DNA of 49,155 nt, taken from NCBI GenBank assembly GCA_028282645.1, contig JANQHM010000245.1:1-49155 (forward strand), read 5' to 3'. Position numbers and translations under genes: made by a program. This DNA is from Candidatus Gastranaerophilales bacterium (GTDB taxonomy: Bacteria > Cyanobacteriota > Vampirovibrionia > Gastranaerophilales > JANQFW01). Of this stretch, positions 19,898 through 28,901 are shown one piece after another; within the stretch, counting starts at the first letter, position 1; the number at the start of each line of letters is the position of its first letter. The notes beneath the pieces were generated by a model. It saw only the letters and a program-made list of their open reading frames with translations, did not search any database and was not told the DNA's origin.

Positions 19898-20063
19898 TGT
19901 AGAAAACCTGTAGAAAACTTGTAGAAAGATTGTAGAATACTGTAGAAAGTTCATGTAGATAAATCTTGGATTGTAGAAAAGAATATTAGTTTTGAACATT
20001 TATTAAACAAGTTTTCTACAACCACAAATCAAGATATCATTGAATTCAAATAAGTTTTCTACA
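19898..20063. promoter_or_regulatory. Candidate oriC: array of nine TTTTCTACA-type DnaA-box-like 9-mers upstream of dnaN
   Basis: TGTAGAAAA/G-type boxes lie at 19898, 19909, 19920, 19931 (TGTAGAATA), 19941, 19954 (TGTAGATAA) and 19972. TTTTCTACA occurs in opposite orientation at 20012 and 20055. A very AT-rich stretch (20064-20172) follows, up to the dnaN start. Confidence 0.7.
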
Positions 20064-20172
20064 AGTAAATGACATTACCTACTACTACTAATTTTATATA
20101 TTTTTATTAATTATATAGAAAGTAATAAATTATAAAGAAGAAATTTTAACTTTTAATGGGGAAAAATGGGAT

Positions 20173-21285
20173 ATGAAATTTGTTATTGAAAAAGAAACAT
20201 TGCAAGCAGGAATTAACTATGTAGCTAAAGCAACATCAATAAGAGGAGTACAACCGGTTTTAGCTAATATTTTAATAGAAACTGTAGCTAATAATTTAGT
20301 TAAATTTTGTGCAACAGACCTGGATATTTCTATAGAAGCAAAAATGGAAGCAACTGTAGAAAAAGCCGGAAGTATTACATTGCCTGCCAAAAAACTGACA
20401 GAAATTATTTCTAAATTACCAAATAAACCTGTGGATTTTTCATTTGATTCTGAAACTAATTTAACCAAGATAAAATGTTCACGCTCTAAGTTTGATCTAG
20501 TTGGCATTCAGGCTTCAGAATTTCCTGATTTACTTTATCCTGAGTCTGAAGAATCTATAAACTTAAGTATTGAACCTTTATTAAAAGCTATAAAGCAGAC
20601 TTATTTCGCTACGGCTGATTATGATTCCAACAATGTGTTGAGTGGGGTTTTTTGCTTGATAAAGGATGAATATCTTGAAATGGCTGCCACTGATGGTAAC
20701 AGGCTGGCCAGAATTATTCAAGGCATAGAAACAAAGCTGGAAAGAGAATATTCTGTTATAATTCCTAACAGGATCTTAAATGAGTTTATCCGTTTAGTGA
20801 CTGCAAGTAATGCTGAAGATGTTGATGTTGTTATAAATAGTGGGATGATTTTATTTAATCTTAAAGATATTATTATTACTTCCAGATTACTGGATGGTCA
20901 ATATCCTAAATATCAACAATTAATACCTGCTGATTATGCTAAATGTGCATTTATAAACAGGGAGGAATTTATATTGGCACTTGAGCGAACATCTACTATG
21001 GTTAATGAACGAACAAATATTATCAGATTGAATTTTATTGAGAATATTTTGAATCTTTTCGCTGATACTCCTGACCTTGGAGATTCTGCGGATCAGATGG
21101 AAATAGAGTACGACAATGAAGAAATGTTAATAGCTTTTAATTATAAATATATGCTGGATACTTTAAAAGCTATTGATTCTGAAAAGATAAAGCTGGAAAT
21201 GGGTGAACCTCTTGCTGCTGCATTAATAAAGCCGGACAGTGATGAGGATTATTTATGCTTGATTATGCCTGTTCAAATTAAATAA
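20173..21285 (+). CDS. dnaN: DNA polymerase III beta sliding clamp
   Basis: It is 370 aa with the typical N-terminus MKFVIEKETLQAGINYVAKATS..PVLANILIE, and has LLDGQYPKYQQLIP. recF follows it. Confidence 0.95.
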   Translation: MKFVIEKETLQAGINYVAKATSIRGVQPVLANILIETVANNLVKFCATDLDISIEAKMEATVEKAGSITLPAKKLTEIISKLPNKPVDFSFDSETNLTKIKCSRSKFDLVGIQASEFPDLLYPESEESINLSIEPLLKAIKQTYFATADYDSNNVLSGVFCLIKDEYLEMAATDGNRLARIIQGIETKLEREYSVIIPNRILNEFIRLVTASNAEDVDVVINSGMILFNLKDIIITSRLLDGQYPKYQQLIPADYAKCAFINREEFILALERTSTMVNERTNIIRLNFIENILNLFADTPDLGDSADQMEIEYDNEEMLIAFNYKYMLDTLKAIDSEKIKLEMGEPLAAALIKPDSDEDYLCLIMPVQIK

Positions 21286-21291
21286 TAAATC

Positions 21292-22434
21292 ATGTTTTTG
21301 AAAGAGTTAAATTTAAGTAATTTTAGAAATTATAAAGAATGTAGGTTAAATTTTTTTAAAAATAAGACGATTTTTGTCGGAAAAAATGCGCAGGGTAAAA
21401 CAAATCTGCTTGAATCTATTTATTATTTATCTACATTATCATCTATAAGGGCATCTAATGACAATGAATTAATATTAAAAGGCCAGGAAGTAGCGAAAAT
21501 TTCTTGTGTGGTTAATAAATATGATACAGATATTAAATTAGATGTCATTTTAAATCCTCCTAAAAAGAAAGTTATTAAAGTTAATACTCTTAAAAAGACT
21601 AGGTATTCAAATTTTATAGGCAACTTAGCCATTATTAATTTTTGTATTAATGATTTATTATTATTAAGAGGAAACCCGTCAGACAGAAGAAAGTGGATTG
21701 ATGATGCTATTGGACAATTATATCCTGCTTATAGGGATAGATTATCAAGATATAATAAAATAAGACTCCAAAGGAGTAATTTAATTAAAGAATATAAGGG
21801 TAAAGCTTCATTAAATTATTATCAACAGGATTTTATCTCCGTATGGAATGACCAATTTATAATAGCAGGTAGCAATTTAGTGCATTTAAGACAAAAATTT
21901 TTAAAAGAAATTCAAGCAAGGGCCATGGAAAAACATAAGCATATTTCATACGGTGATGAGCTTTTGTGTATAAAATACAATTCGTCGGTTGCGGGTGATT
22001 TTAATTGCCTTGAGGATAATGTTCAACCTCCGGGGCTTATAGCAGAGCTGTTTGAGCAGAATATTAAAAAAAAGCAAAAAGAGGAATTAATAAGGGGACA
22101 AACCTTGATAGGTCCGCATCGTGATGATATTTCGTTTTTTATAAACGATTTGGAGGCCAGGCAGTATGCATCGCAAGGGCAACAGCGAACGGTTGTATTG
22201 GCTTTAAAGTTGGCAGAGCTTGACTTTGTGGAAAATATAATACATGATAATCCTTTGTTGTTGCTTGATGATGTGCTTGCGGAACTTGATAAATTCAGGC
22301 AGCAATACCTTTTGGATTCTCTAAAAAAGAATACTCAAACAATTATAACAACTGTGGATGTTGAAAAATTTGATTCTGATTATTTAAAAGATGTTGATCT
22401 TTATACTGTGGAGGCCGGAACTGTCAGGAGGTAA
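21292..22434 (+). CDS. recF: DNA replication and repair protein RecF
   Basis: Walker A is FVGKNAQGKTNLLESI, the signature is SQGQQRTVVLALKLAE, and Walker B is LLLLDDVLAELD. Confidence 0.9.
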   Translation: MFLKELNLSNFRNYKECRLNFFKNKTIFVGKNAQGKTNLLESIYYLSTLSSIRASNDNELILKGQEVAKISCVVNKYDTDIKLDVILNPPKKKVIKVNTLKKTRYSNFIGNLAIINFCINDLLLLRGNPSDRRKWIDDAIGQLYPAYRDRLSRYNKIRLQRSNLIKEYKGKASLNYYQQDFISVWNDQFIIAGSNLVHLRQKFLKEIQARAMEKHKHISYGDELLCIKYNSSVAGDFNCLEDNVQPPGLIAELFEQNIKKKQKEELIRGQTLIGPHRDDISFFINDLEARQYASQGQQRTVVLALKLAELDFVENIIHDNPLLLLDDVLAELDKFRQQYLLDSLKKNTQTIITTVDVEKFDSDYLKDVDLYTVEAGTVRR

Positions 22435-22441
22435 CAAATAA

Positions 22442-23113
22442 TTGTCAAATATTTATAACAAAAATAAAAATTTTATTAAATTGAATTCAGTCTTGAGCAA
22501 GATTTTTGTTGACCTGGGGCTTGAGCGGCGTTTAAATGAGGTTGCTTTTTTCAATTATTGGCCTGAAGTTGTTGGAAGTAAATTTGATAAAGATTCTAAA
22601 GCTATTATGGTTAGAAAAAGAGAATGTTATGACATTTTAATTGTTGCTGTGTCATCTTCTGTTGTGGCTCAAGAATTGTACCTATATAAACAAAGTCTTG
22701 TTCATAAAGTTTATAAAACCGGTAAATCCTTTAATTTTAATATAAAAGATATTCATTTTAATACTAAATTATGGGATAATGATGATTTTTTGGAGAATAA
22801 ATCTGATAAAAAGCCTGAGAGTGCAATAAAGACTTTTGACAAAATACCTCTTTCCAAAGATTTAGATGATATAACATTGCCTGAGAGTATAATAAAAGAC
22901 ATCGAGAAGTCAATGGAGGGGCATAAATTTGTGGACTCCGAACAGCGAAAAAAAATGTTTATGACTATAATAAAAGATGTTAAAACTCAGATTTGGATGA
23001 AAAATAATGGTTTTCCTTGTTGTGAAGAGTGTGGAATACCTTTGAAGCGTTATAATACAATAAAGGAAAGGATATTGTGTGTACCATGCAAGCTTTTAAG
23101 CTCCTCCCTGTAA
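22442..23113 (+). CDS. DUF721 (DciA-like) protein with an extended C-terminus ending in a CxxC...CxxC motif
   Basis: The N-terminal part LNSVLSKIFVDLGLERRLNEVAFFNYWPEVVGSKFDKDSKAIMVRKRECYDILIVAVSSSVVAQELYLYKQSLVHKV fits the DUF721 pattern. Its position after recF is classical. The C-terminus is CCEECGIPLKRYNTIKERILCVPCK. Confidence 0.65.
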   Translation: MSNIYNKNKNFIKLNSVLSKIFVDLGLERRLNEVAFFNYWPEVVGSKFDKDSKAIMVRKRECYDILIVAVSSSVVAQELYLYKQSLVHKVYKTGKSFNFNIKDIHFNTKLWDNDDFLENKSDKKPESAIKTFDKIPLSKDLDDITLPESIIKDIEKSMEGHKFVDSEQRKKMFMTIIKDVKTQIWMKNNGFPCCEECGIPLKRYNTIKERILCVPCKLLSSSL

Positions 23114-23308
23114 TTTTCTCTTTATTTTTTTTGAATCCTTTTATTTAAAATAGTTTTTAAAAATAAATAAGAAAATAAAAGTATATCCTCTTTTTAACGG
23201 ATGATATAAATAAATAAATATAGTAATTTATGTTATAGACTTGGATTTTATACACTTGTTTAAATTAAAACAAGTGAGTTACAAAAAATAAAGAGTGAGA
23301 TTGGTGGT

Positions 23309-23872
23309 ATGTATACTGAAGCAATGGGTATGGCTTTAGATAGGATTCGTCAAATAGAGCAAAAAATTAACTCTATATTGCCGGATAAAATGAAAAACTT
23401 TAATTTTGCCGATATTATTAATGAACAGTTGCAGCAGGCGGATAATAAAGAGCTTGTAGCCTCTTTGAATAATTTTATTCCTGACACTGATTTTAATGAT
23501 TTAATAACTAAATACGCAAGCAAAAATAATTTGCAGGATAGTCTTGTAAAGGCTGTTATAAAGGCAGAGTCCGGATTTAATCCCAAAGCTGTTTCAGGCG
23601 CAGGAGCGCAAGGGCTTATGCAATTAATGCCGGAAACGGCAAAAGACCTGGGCGTAACAGACTCTTTGAACCCTGAGCAAAATATAATTGGCGGCACCAG
23701 GTATTTAAAAAGTATGATGGATAAGTTTAATGGCAATGTTAAAAAGGCTTTGGCTGCTTATAATGCAGGACCGGGAGCCGTTGACAGGTATGGAGGAATT
23801 CCTCCGTATAAGGAAACTCAAGAATATGTGACTAAAGTATTAAAATACCAGGAACAATATTGGAGAGATTAA
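23309..23872 (+). CDS. Lytic transglycosylase (SLT domain), first gene of the flagellar operon
   Basis: The SLT motifs are AESGFNPKAVSGAGAQGLMQLMPETA...AAYNAGPGAV. No Sec signal peptide is visible at the N-terminus. Confidence 0.8.
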   Translation: MYTEAMGMALDRIRQIEQKINSILPDKMKNFNFADIINEQLQQADNKELVASLNNFIPDTDFNDLITKYASKNNLQDSLVKAVIKAESGFNPKAVSGAGAQGLMQLMPETAKDLGVTDSLNPEQNIIGGTRYLKSMMDKFNGNVKKALAAYNAGPGAVDRYGGIPPYKETQEYVTKVLKYQEQYWRD

Positions 23873-23891
23873 GTTAATTGGGGTTTGGTAA

Positions 23892-24722
23892 ATGAATACA
23901 GGTCTTGATGTAGCTGCTTCCGGCATGTTAAGCATCTTAAACTATAATGATATATTGGCTAATAATCTGGCAAATGTTAGTACTCCCGGCTTTAAGGGGT
24001 CTTTTGCAACTTTTAAAAATGTGCATGAAGAATTGGTGAATAAGCCTGAAGGTTCTAATAATTATAGTAACAGGGTTGCTGGATCGCTTAGCGTGAAAAA
24101 TGTTCTTGACTCTACGATTGTAGATACATCTCAAGGCAGTATTAAAGAAACCGGAAACCCTTTGGAGTTTGCTATTCACGGTAAAGGTTTTTTTACTGTA
24201 GAAACACCTGATGGTATAGCTTATACAAGAAATGGCGCTTTTGTTAAAGGGATGGATGGAAAACTGGTTAACAAAGACGGTTTTCATATACTTGTAGAAC
24301 GAGCTAATAAGAATCAGGTTGACCTGAACGAAGGTACAAAAGATTTTTTGATTACAGAGGATGATCATTTTTTTGTAAAAGGTGATATAAGCAAGCTTGA
24401 TATTGACGAAAAAGGCAATATTCAATTAAATGGAAAGCTTATCGGACGCTTTAAAGTTGCGGATTTTAAAGATCCTGAAAATATCAAGCCTATAGGAAAT
24501 TACTTATTTGACGTTAATAATAACTATCCTGGTGCGGTTAAGCAGTCAGAATACTTTAAATTGCATCGTGGGGCGCTGGAAATGTCTAACACTAATGTTG
24601 TAGAAACTATGATAAATTCAATAAAAGCTTCAAGAACTTATGAAACACTCGCTAAGGTTATAGAGCAGACTGATAGAGGAGTGTCCAAAGCTATAAATGA
24701 TGTAGGGCAAATGAAGAGATAG
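23892..24722 (+). CDS. flgF: Flagellar basal-body rod protein FlgF
   Basis: The rod-family N-terminus is LDVAASGMLSILNYNDILANNLANVSTPGFKG and the C-terminus is GALEMSNTNVVETMINSIKASRTYE. It lies upstream of flgG. Confidence 0.8.
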   Translation: MNTGLDVAASGMLSILNYNDILANNLANVSTPGFKGSFATFKNVHEELVNKPEGSNNYSNRVAGSLSVKNVLDSTIVDTSQGSIKETGNPLEFAIHGKGFFTVETPDGIAYTRNGAFVKGMDGKLVNKDGFHILVERANKNQVDLNEGTKDFLITEDDHFFVKGDISKLDIDEKGNIQLNGKLIGRFKVADFKDPENIKPIGNYLFDVNNNYPGAVKQSEYFKLHRGALEMSNTNVVETMINSIKASRTYETLAKVIEQTDRGVSKAINDVGQMKR

Positions 24723-24755
24723 AACTATAGTTAAATAAAAGGATTCGGGGGTTAT

Positions 24756-25541
24756 ATGCTAAAAGCTCTTACTACGGCGGCAACAGGGATGATCGCTCAA
24801 CAAATGAATATGGATATCATCTCCAACAATATTGCCAATGTTGATACCAGCGGATATAAAAAAGTCAGAGCCGAGTTTCAGGACTTATTGTCTCAAACAA
24901 TTAAATCACCAGGGGCTCAAGTATCTCAGGGGACAAATCAGCCTGTTGGTATTCAGGTTGGATTGGGTACAAAAACTTCTGCAACGCAGAAGGTGTTTAG
25001 CGAAGGTATCCTTAAAACAACAGGAAACCCTCTTGATATTGCAATTGAAGGCAAAGGTTTTTTACAGGTTCAGCTTGATGACGGCTCAATTGGTTATACA
25101 AGAGACGGCAGTTTAAAAGTTGACGCTAATGGACAGGTTACAACAACTGACGGTTATATTATACAGCCGCAAATTACTATAGGGACCAATGTTTCAGAGA
25201 TAACAATAACACCTGACGGAAGGATTTCGGTCAGGCAGGGCAGTGATACAGAGCAAACTGAAATTGCTCAAATACAACTTGTCAGATTTGCGAACCCGGC
25301 CGGATTATTAAGTATTGGTAAAAATATGTTTATTGAGACAGGTGCATCGGGTAATGCTATTGAGGGAGAGCCCGGGCAAGAAGGGTTCGGTACAATTGAG
25401 CAAGGATTTTTAGAAGGTTCTAATGTTCAGGTTGTTGAGGAATTAATTAATTTAATTCAGGCGGAAAGAGCTTTTGAAGCTAACTCTAAATTGATTAAGT
25501 CTTCTGATAATATGCTAAGGACTGCAAATCAGATAGTATAG
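24756..25541 (+). CDS. flgG: Flagellar distal rod protein FlgG
   Basis: It contains MLKALTTAATGMIAQQMNMDIISNNIANVDTSGYKK...GFLEGSNVQVVEELINLIQAERAFEANSK. Confidence 0.9.
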   Translation: MLKALTTAATGMIAQQMNMDIISNNIANVDTSGYKKVRAEFQDLLSQTIKSPGAQVSQGTNQPVGIQVGLGTKTSATQKVFSEGILKTTGNPLDIAIEGKGFLQVQLDDGSIGYTRDGSLKVDANGQVTTTDGYIIQPQITIGTNVSEITITPDGRISVRQGSDTEQTEIAQIQLVRFANPAGLLSIGKNMFIETGASGNAIEGEPGQEGFGTIEQGFLEGSNVQVVEELINLIQAERAFEANSKLIKSSDNMLRTANQIV

Positions 25542-25551
25542 GATTTTTATA

Positions 25552-26271
25552 ATGGGTAATATCTTAAAAAATATAATAATTTTAATAATTTGTTTCTTTG
25601 TGTTTGATTTAAATTCAGATGCTAAGCTTCTTGATTCTGATTTTTTGAAGAAAAAAATAGAACAGGATATTACTCAAAAGCTTAAAAGCTCAGATAATGA
25701 TTCAAAAAAAATCAGTATTGAATTTAAAAAGCTTAAATTTAAATCATTAAATGTTCCTGATGGAGATATAGATGTTAAGACTTCAGTGAATTCCAATTAT
25801 ATCAGTCCTTATTCTATCATAACTGTTAAGGTTTTTTGTGATAAAAAAGCTGTAAAAACATTTAGATTGCCAATTAAGCTGACTGTAAAAGATAAGGTTT
25901 GGGTTGCTAAAGATAGCATAGAAAGAGGCCGGACTTTAGGCTTTTCAAATGTTTGTCTTGAGTATAGAGATATAACAAGAAATTATAAAAACGTTGCAAG
26001 TAAAGATTTTTCGGTTATTGGCAATATATCCAGGAAAAACTTAAAGCCTGGTACTATTATTGATAAAAGATTCATAAAGAAAATACCTGCTGTATTAAAA
26101 AATAGCTTTATTTATCTTGTATTTGAAAGTAGTAAGGTTAAGGTTACACTCCCCGGTGAGGCTCTGCAAGACGGAGGAATGGGTGATTATATCAAGGTTA
26201 GGAATAAAAGTTTCAGAAAAAGGTATATTGGTAAAGTTATAGGTAAAAATAAGGTTTTGATTAGTTTATAA
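25552..26271 (+). CDS. flgA: Flagellar P-ring assembly chaperone FlgA
   Basis: It has a signal-like N-terminus, a SAF-like segment (VWVAKDSIERGRTL) and the C-terminal ALQDGGMGDYIKVRNKSFRKRYIGKVIGKNKVLI. It sits between flgG and flgH. Confidence 0.75.
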   Translation: MGNILKNIIILIICFFVFDLNSDAKLLDSDFLKKKIEQDITQKLKSSDNDSKKISIEFKKLKFKSLNVPDGDIDVKTSVNSNYISPYSIITVKVFCDKKAVKTFRLPIKLTVKDKVWVAKDSIERGRTLGFSNVCLEYRDITRNYKNVASKDFSVIGNISRKNLKPGTIIDKRFIKKIPAVLKNSFIYLVFESSKVKVTLPGEALQDGGMGDYIKVRNKSFRKRYIGKVIGKNKVLISL

Positions 26272-26393
26272 ATTAACTATAAGATACGTTTCTGATTATT
26301 AAAATTTTTTAAATCTAATAAAATAAACTATACTCAGAAAAGATTGATACTAAATTCAATTGATGACCGGTATAAATATAAGGATTGTTACGT

Positions 26394-27023
26394 ATGAAAA
26401 CAGGGATAATAAAATATATAATTTTAGCTTTGGCAGCTATATCTGTTCAAGGTGAAGCATTGGCAGAGTCCTTGTTTAGAACGGGTGTCTCTCAAAATGT
26501 TTACAGCTCTCAACCAAGGTCGTTGTTTGGCAGTACAAAAGCAAGAACCATTGGTGATTTGGTTATTGTTAATATTGAAGAGCAGTATACATCTTCGGAT
26601 AAAGTGACCCTTAATATTTCTAGAGATTCATCAACAACGGATAACTTTTCATCCTTGTTGAACAGGGTCTTGCCCGGAAAGCTGGTACCTAAAGAAGTTG
26701 GCGGATTTGGCGGTGCCCTTGAAAATGATAATCAATCAAGCATATCGAGAACAACAAAGATAAGCAATACTATCGCAGCTCAGGTTATCCAGATTATGCC
26801 TAATGGTAACCTTGTAATTCAAGGTAAAAAAACTGCTATAAACGGACCTGATAAAGTAAATTTGATTTTAAGCGGCATTGTTGATCCTAGAATGATTACA
26901 AGTTCCGGATCTGTAAGCTCTAAATATATTGCAAACTTGCAGATGGCTGTTATCAGTAAAGGTACTATATCTAGATCAGAGAAAGTGTCACCTGTTAATA
27001 GGGTTTTAAGGCATTTATTTTAG
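26394..27023 (+). CDS. flgH: Flagellar L-ring protein FlgH
   Basis: The ATG at 26394 has AAGGA 9 nt upstream. It has a signal peptide and contains SLFGSTKARTIGDLVIVNIEE and MPNGNLVIQGKK. No lipobox Cys is visible. Confidence 0.85.
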   Translation: MKTGIIKYIILALAAISVQGEALAESLFRTGVSQNVYSSQPRSLFGSTKARTIGDLVIVNIEEQYTSSDKVTLNISRDSSTTDNFSSLLNRVLPGKLVPKEVGGFGGALENDNQSSISRTTKISNTIAAQVIQIMPNGNLVIQGKKTAINGPDKVNLILSGIVDPRMITSSGSVSSKYIANLQMAVISKGTISRSEKVSPVNRVLRHLF

Positions 27024-27068
27024 TTATTTTGATTATTTGCAGATTAAATTAATCAGGTGGGAATTAAT

Positions 27069-28175
27069 ATGATTAAAGAATTTAAAGTTATTTTACTATT
27101 ATTATTGATGCTATTTAATTTTATGACACCCGCATCATTTGCAGCCAGTGTCAGAATTAAAGATGTAACACATATTGACGGAATTAGAGAGAATCAACTT
27201 GTTGGTTACGGTATAGTTGTTGGCTTGCCTGGTACCGGAGATAACAGCAGGTCAACACAAATAACCAATCAAGCAATGCTTTCCAACCTTGGTACTGTGA
27301 TAACCAATAGTAATGATATTAAAAAAGGTAATACCGCTGCGGTTATTATAACTGCTAAAGTTCCGCCATTTGCAAAAAATGGGGATAAAATTGATGTGGT
27401 TGTTTCCTCTCTTGCAGACGCAAAGAGTTTAGAGGGAGGTGTTTTGGTTCAGGCTCAGTTATTGGCTCCAAACGGTGAGGTTATTGCAATGGCACAAGGT
27501 CCCATTAGTACAGGTGGTACTGATATTTCAGCCGGAGGAAGCAGGGTGAAAACAACTGTCTCAACTTCTGGCAGAATACCCAATGGAGCTATCATTGAAA
27601 GAGATATAAGCACTCCTATTGGTGGAGAGAAAAGTATTAAACTTGTTTTAAACAGGTCTGACTTTACAATGGCTGCAAGGATTACTCAGACTGTAAATGA
27701 TAATCTGGCTAAAGCTAGGGCTCTGGATGGAAACACTATAAAAATTATGATTCCTGAAAAGTTTAGGTCAAATAGGATTGGATTTATTTCTATTCTTGAA
27801 AACTTGAGGGTTGATACTGCTGAAAACGCTGCAAGGGTAGTTATAAATGAAAGAACAGGAACCATAGTTATCGGCAGTGAGGTTAAATTGCTGCCTGCGG
27901 CGGTTGCTCACGGTAACTTGACTGTAACGGTTAAGTCCGTAAATGAGGTATCTCAGCCGAATGCTATGGGTGAAGGTAACACTGAAGTCGTTCAAAATGC
28001 TGAAATCAGTGTTGATAAGCAGCCGGGTAACGTGGTAGAGCTTGGCTCGAATGCCAACTTGAGCGAGCTGGTTACTGCGCTTAATTCAATTGGGGTTAGC
28101 CCTTATGACTTGATTTCTATTTTACAGGCGTTAAAAGCTGCAGGTAGCTTGCAAGCTTCGTTGGAGATTATTTAG
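27069..28175 (+). CDS. flgI: Flagellar P-ring protein FlgI
   Basis: The ATG at 27069 follows AGGTGGG. It has a signal peptide and RIKDVTHIDGIRENQLVGYGIVVGLPGTGD, and ends with the FlgI-type motif LKAAGSLQASLEII. Confidence 0.9.
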   Translation: MIKEFKVILLLLLMLFNFMTPASFAASVRIKDVTHIDGIRENQLVGYGIVVGLPGTGDNSRSTQITNQAMLSNLGTVITNSNDIKKGNTAAVIITAKVPPFAKNGDKIDVVVSSLADAKSLEGGVLVQAQLLAPNGEVIAMAQGPISTGGTDISAGGSRVKTTVSTSGRIPNGAIIERDISTPIGGEKSIKLVLNRSDFTMAARITQTVNDNLAKARALDGNTIKIMIPEKFRSNRIGFISILENLRVDTAENAARVVINERTGTIVIGSEVKLLPAAVAHGNLTVTVKSVNEVSQPNAMGEGNTEVVQNAEISVDKQPGNVVELGSNANLSELVTALNSIGVSPYDLISILQALKAAGSLQASLEII

Positions 28176-28204
28176 GTTAGGAAAATATTGAGGATATATT
28201 TAAA

Positions 28205-28540
28205 ATGCTGAATCCGGCGGATATAAATTCAACAATATATAATATGGGCGACTTTAACCTTAATAAGTTGGAGGACAATATAAAGGCTTTGAAAAAAGCT
28301 AATAAGGATGATGAAAAATTAATGAAAACAGCCGGCGAGTTTGAGGCTATTTTTGTTAAGAAATTAATAGATGTTATGGATTCAACTGTTGATAAATCCG
28401 GCTTTATTAGTGGCGGTAGGGGTGAAGAAACTTTTAAATCTATGCTGAATCAAGAGATTGCTTTAAAGATTTCTTCTAATCCTTCAACCAGCTTGGGTAT
28501 GGCTAAACAGGTTTATGAACAAATGAAAAGACAGTCATGA
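28205..28540 (+). CDS. flgJ: Flagellar rod-assembly protein FlgJ, rod-binding domain only
   Basis: It is 111 aa. AGEFEAIFVKKLIDVMDSTV and FKSMLNQEIALKIS match the FlgJ N-terminal (rod-binding) domain. No muramidase domain is attached. Confidence 0.75.
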   Translation: MLNPADINSTIYNMGDFNLNKLEDNIKALKKANKDDEKLMKTAGEFEAIFVKKLIDVMDSTVDKSGFISGGRGEETFKSMLNQEIALKISSNPSTSLGMAKQVYEQMKRQS

Positions 28541-28570
28541 GAATTTTAAGGGCCATTTAGAGGTTATTTC

Positions 28571-28810
28571 ATGTTTTTAGGTATTATGAGTCAAAAAAAA
28601 TATTTAAACAGGCTTAAACGAGCTCCTGAATATTGCAGCTTGAATCATGATAGTGACAGCATGTTGCATGATTTTATTCATGCTGAAAAGTCGGCTGGCG
28701 CTGCTATGTCGGGTTTGAAACATGGAACCTCTTTTTGTAATCATGTTGGCCATGTTAGAAGCCATGAATTTATTAATATATTCAGAAAGGTAGGAAATAG
28801 TTTCTTGTAA
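28571..28810 (+). CDS. Hypothetical His/Cys-rich small protein in the position where flgM is often found
   Basis: GAGG lies 8 nt upstream of the ATG. The 79-aa product has no FlgM-like C-terminal helices that I can recognise. It carries many His and Cys residues (HDFIH, CNHVGHVRSHE). Confidence 0.35.
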   Translation: MFLGIMSQKKYLNRLKRAPEYCSLNHDSDSMLHDFIHAEKSAGAAMSGLKHGTSFCNHVGHVRSHEFINIFRKVGNSFL

Positions 28811-28901
28811 TAATTTTATATTTTTAAGATTGCTATATTTGTTTTGGTTATGGTTAATTATAATAATTGTTTTGAGTTATAAAAAACCGGAGGATATTGG
28901 T

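Noticed and set aside
19898-19980. Regularly spaced short direct repeats that superficially resemble a repeat array or CRISPR.
   Set aside because: The unit is only 9 nt with 1-4-nt spacers, no cas genes are present, and inverted copies occur nearby. Its position upstream of dnaN fits DnaA boxes instead.
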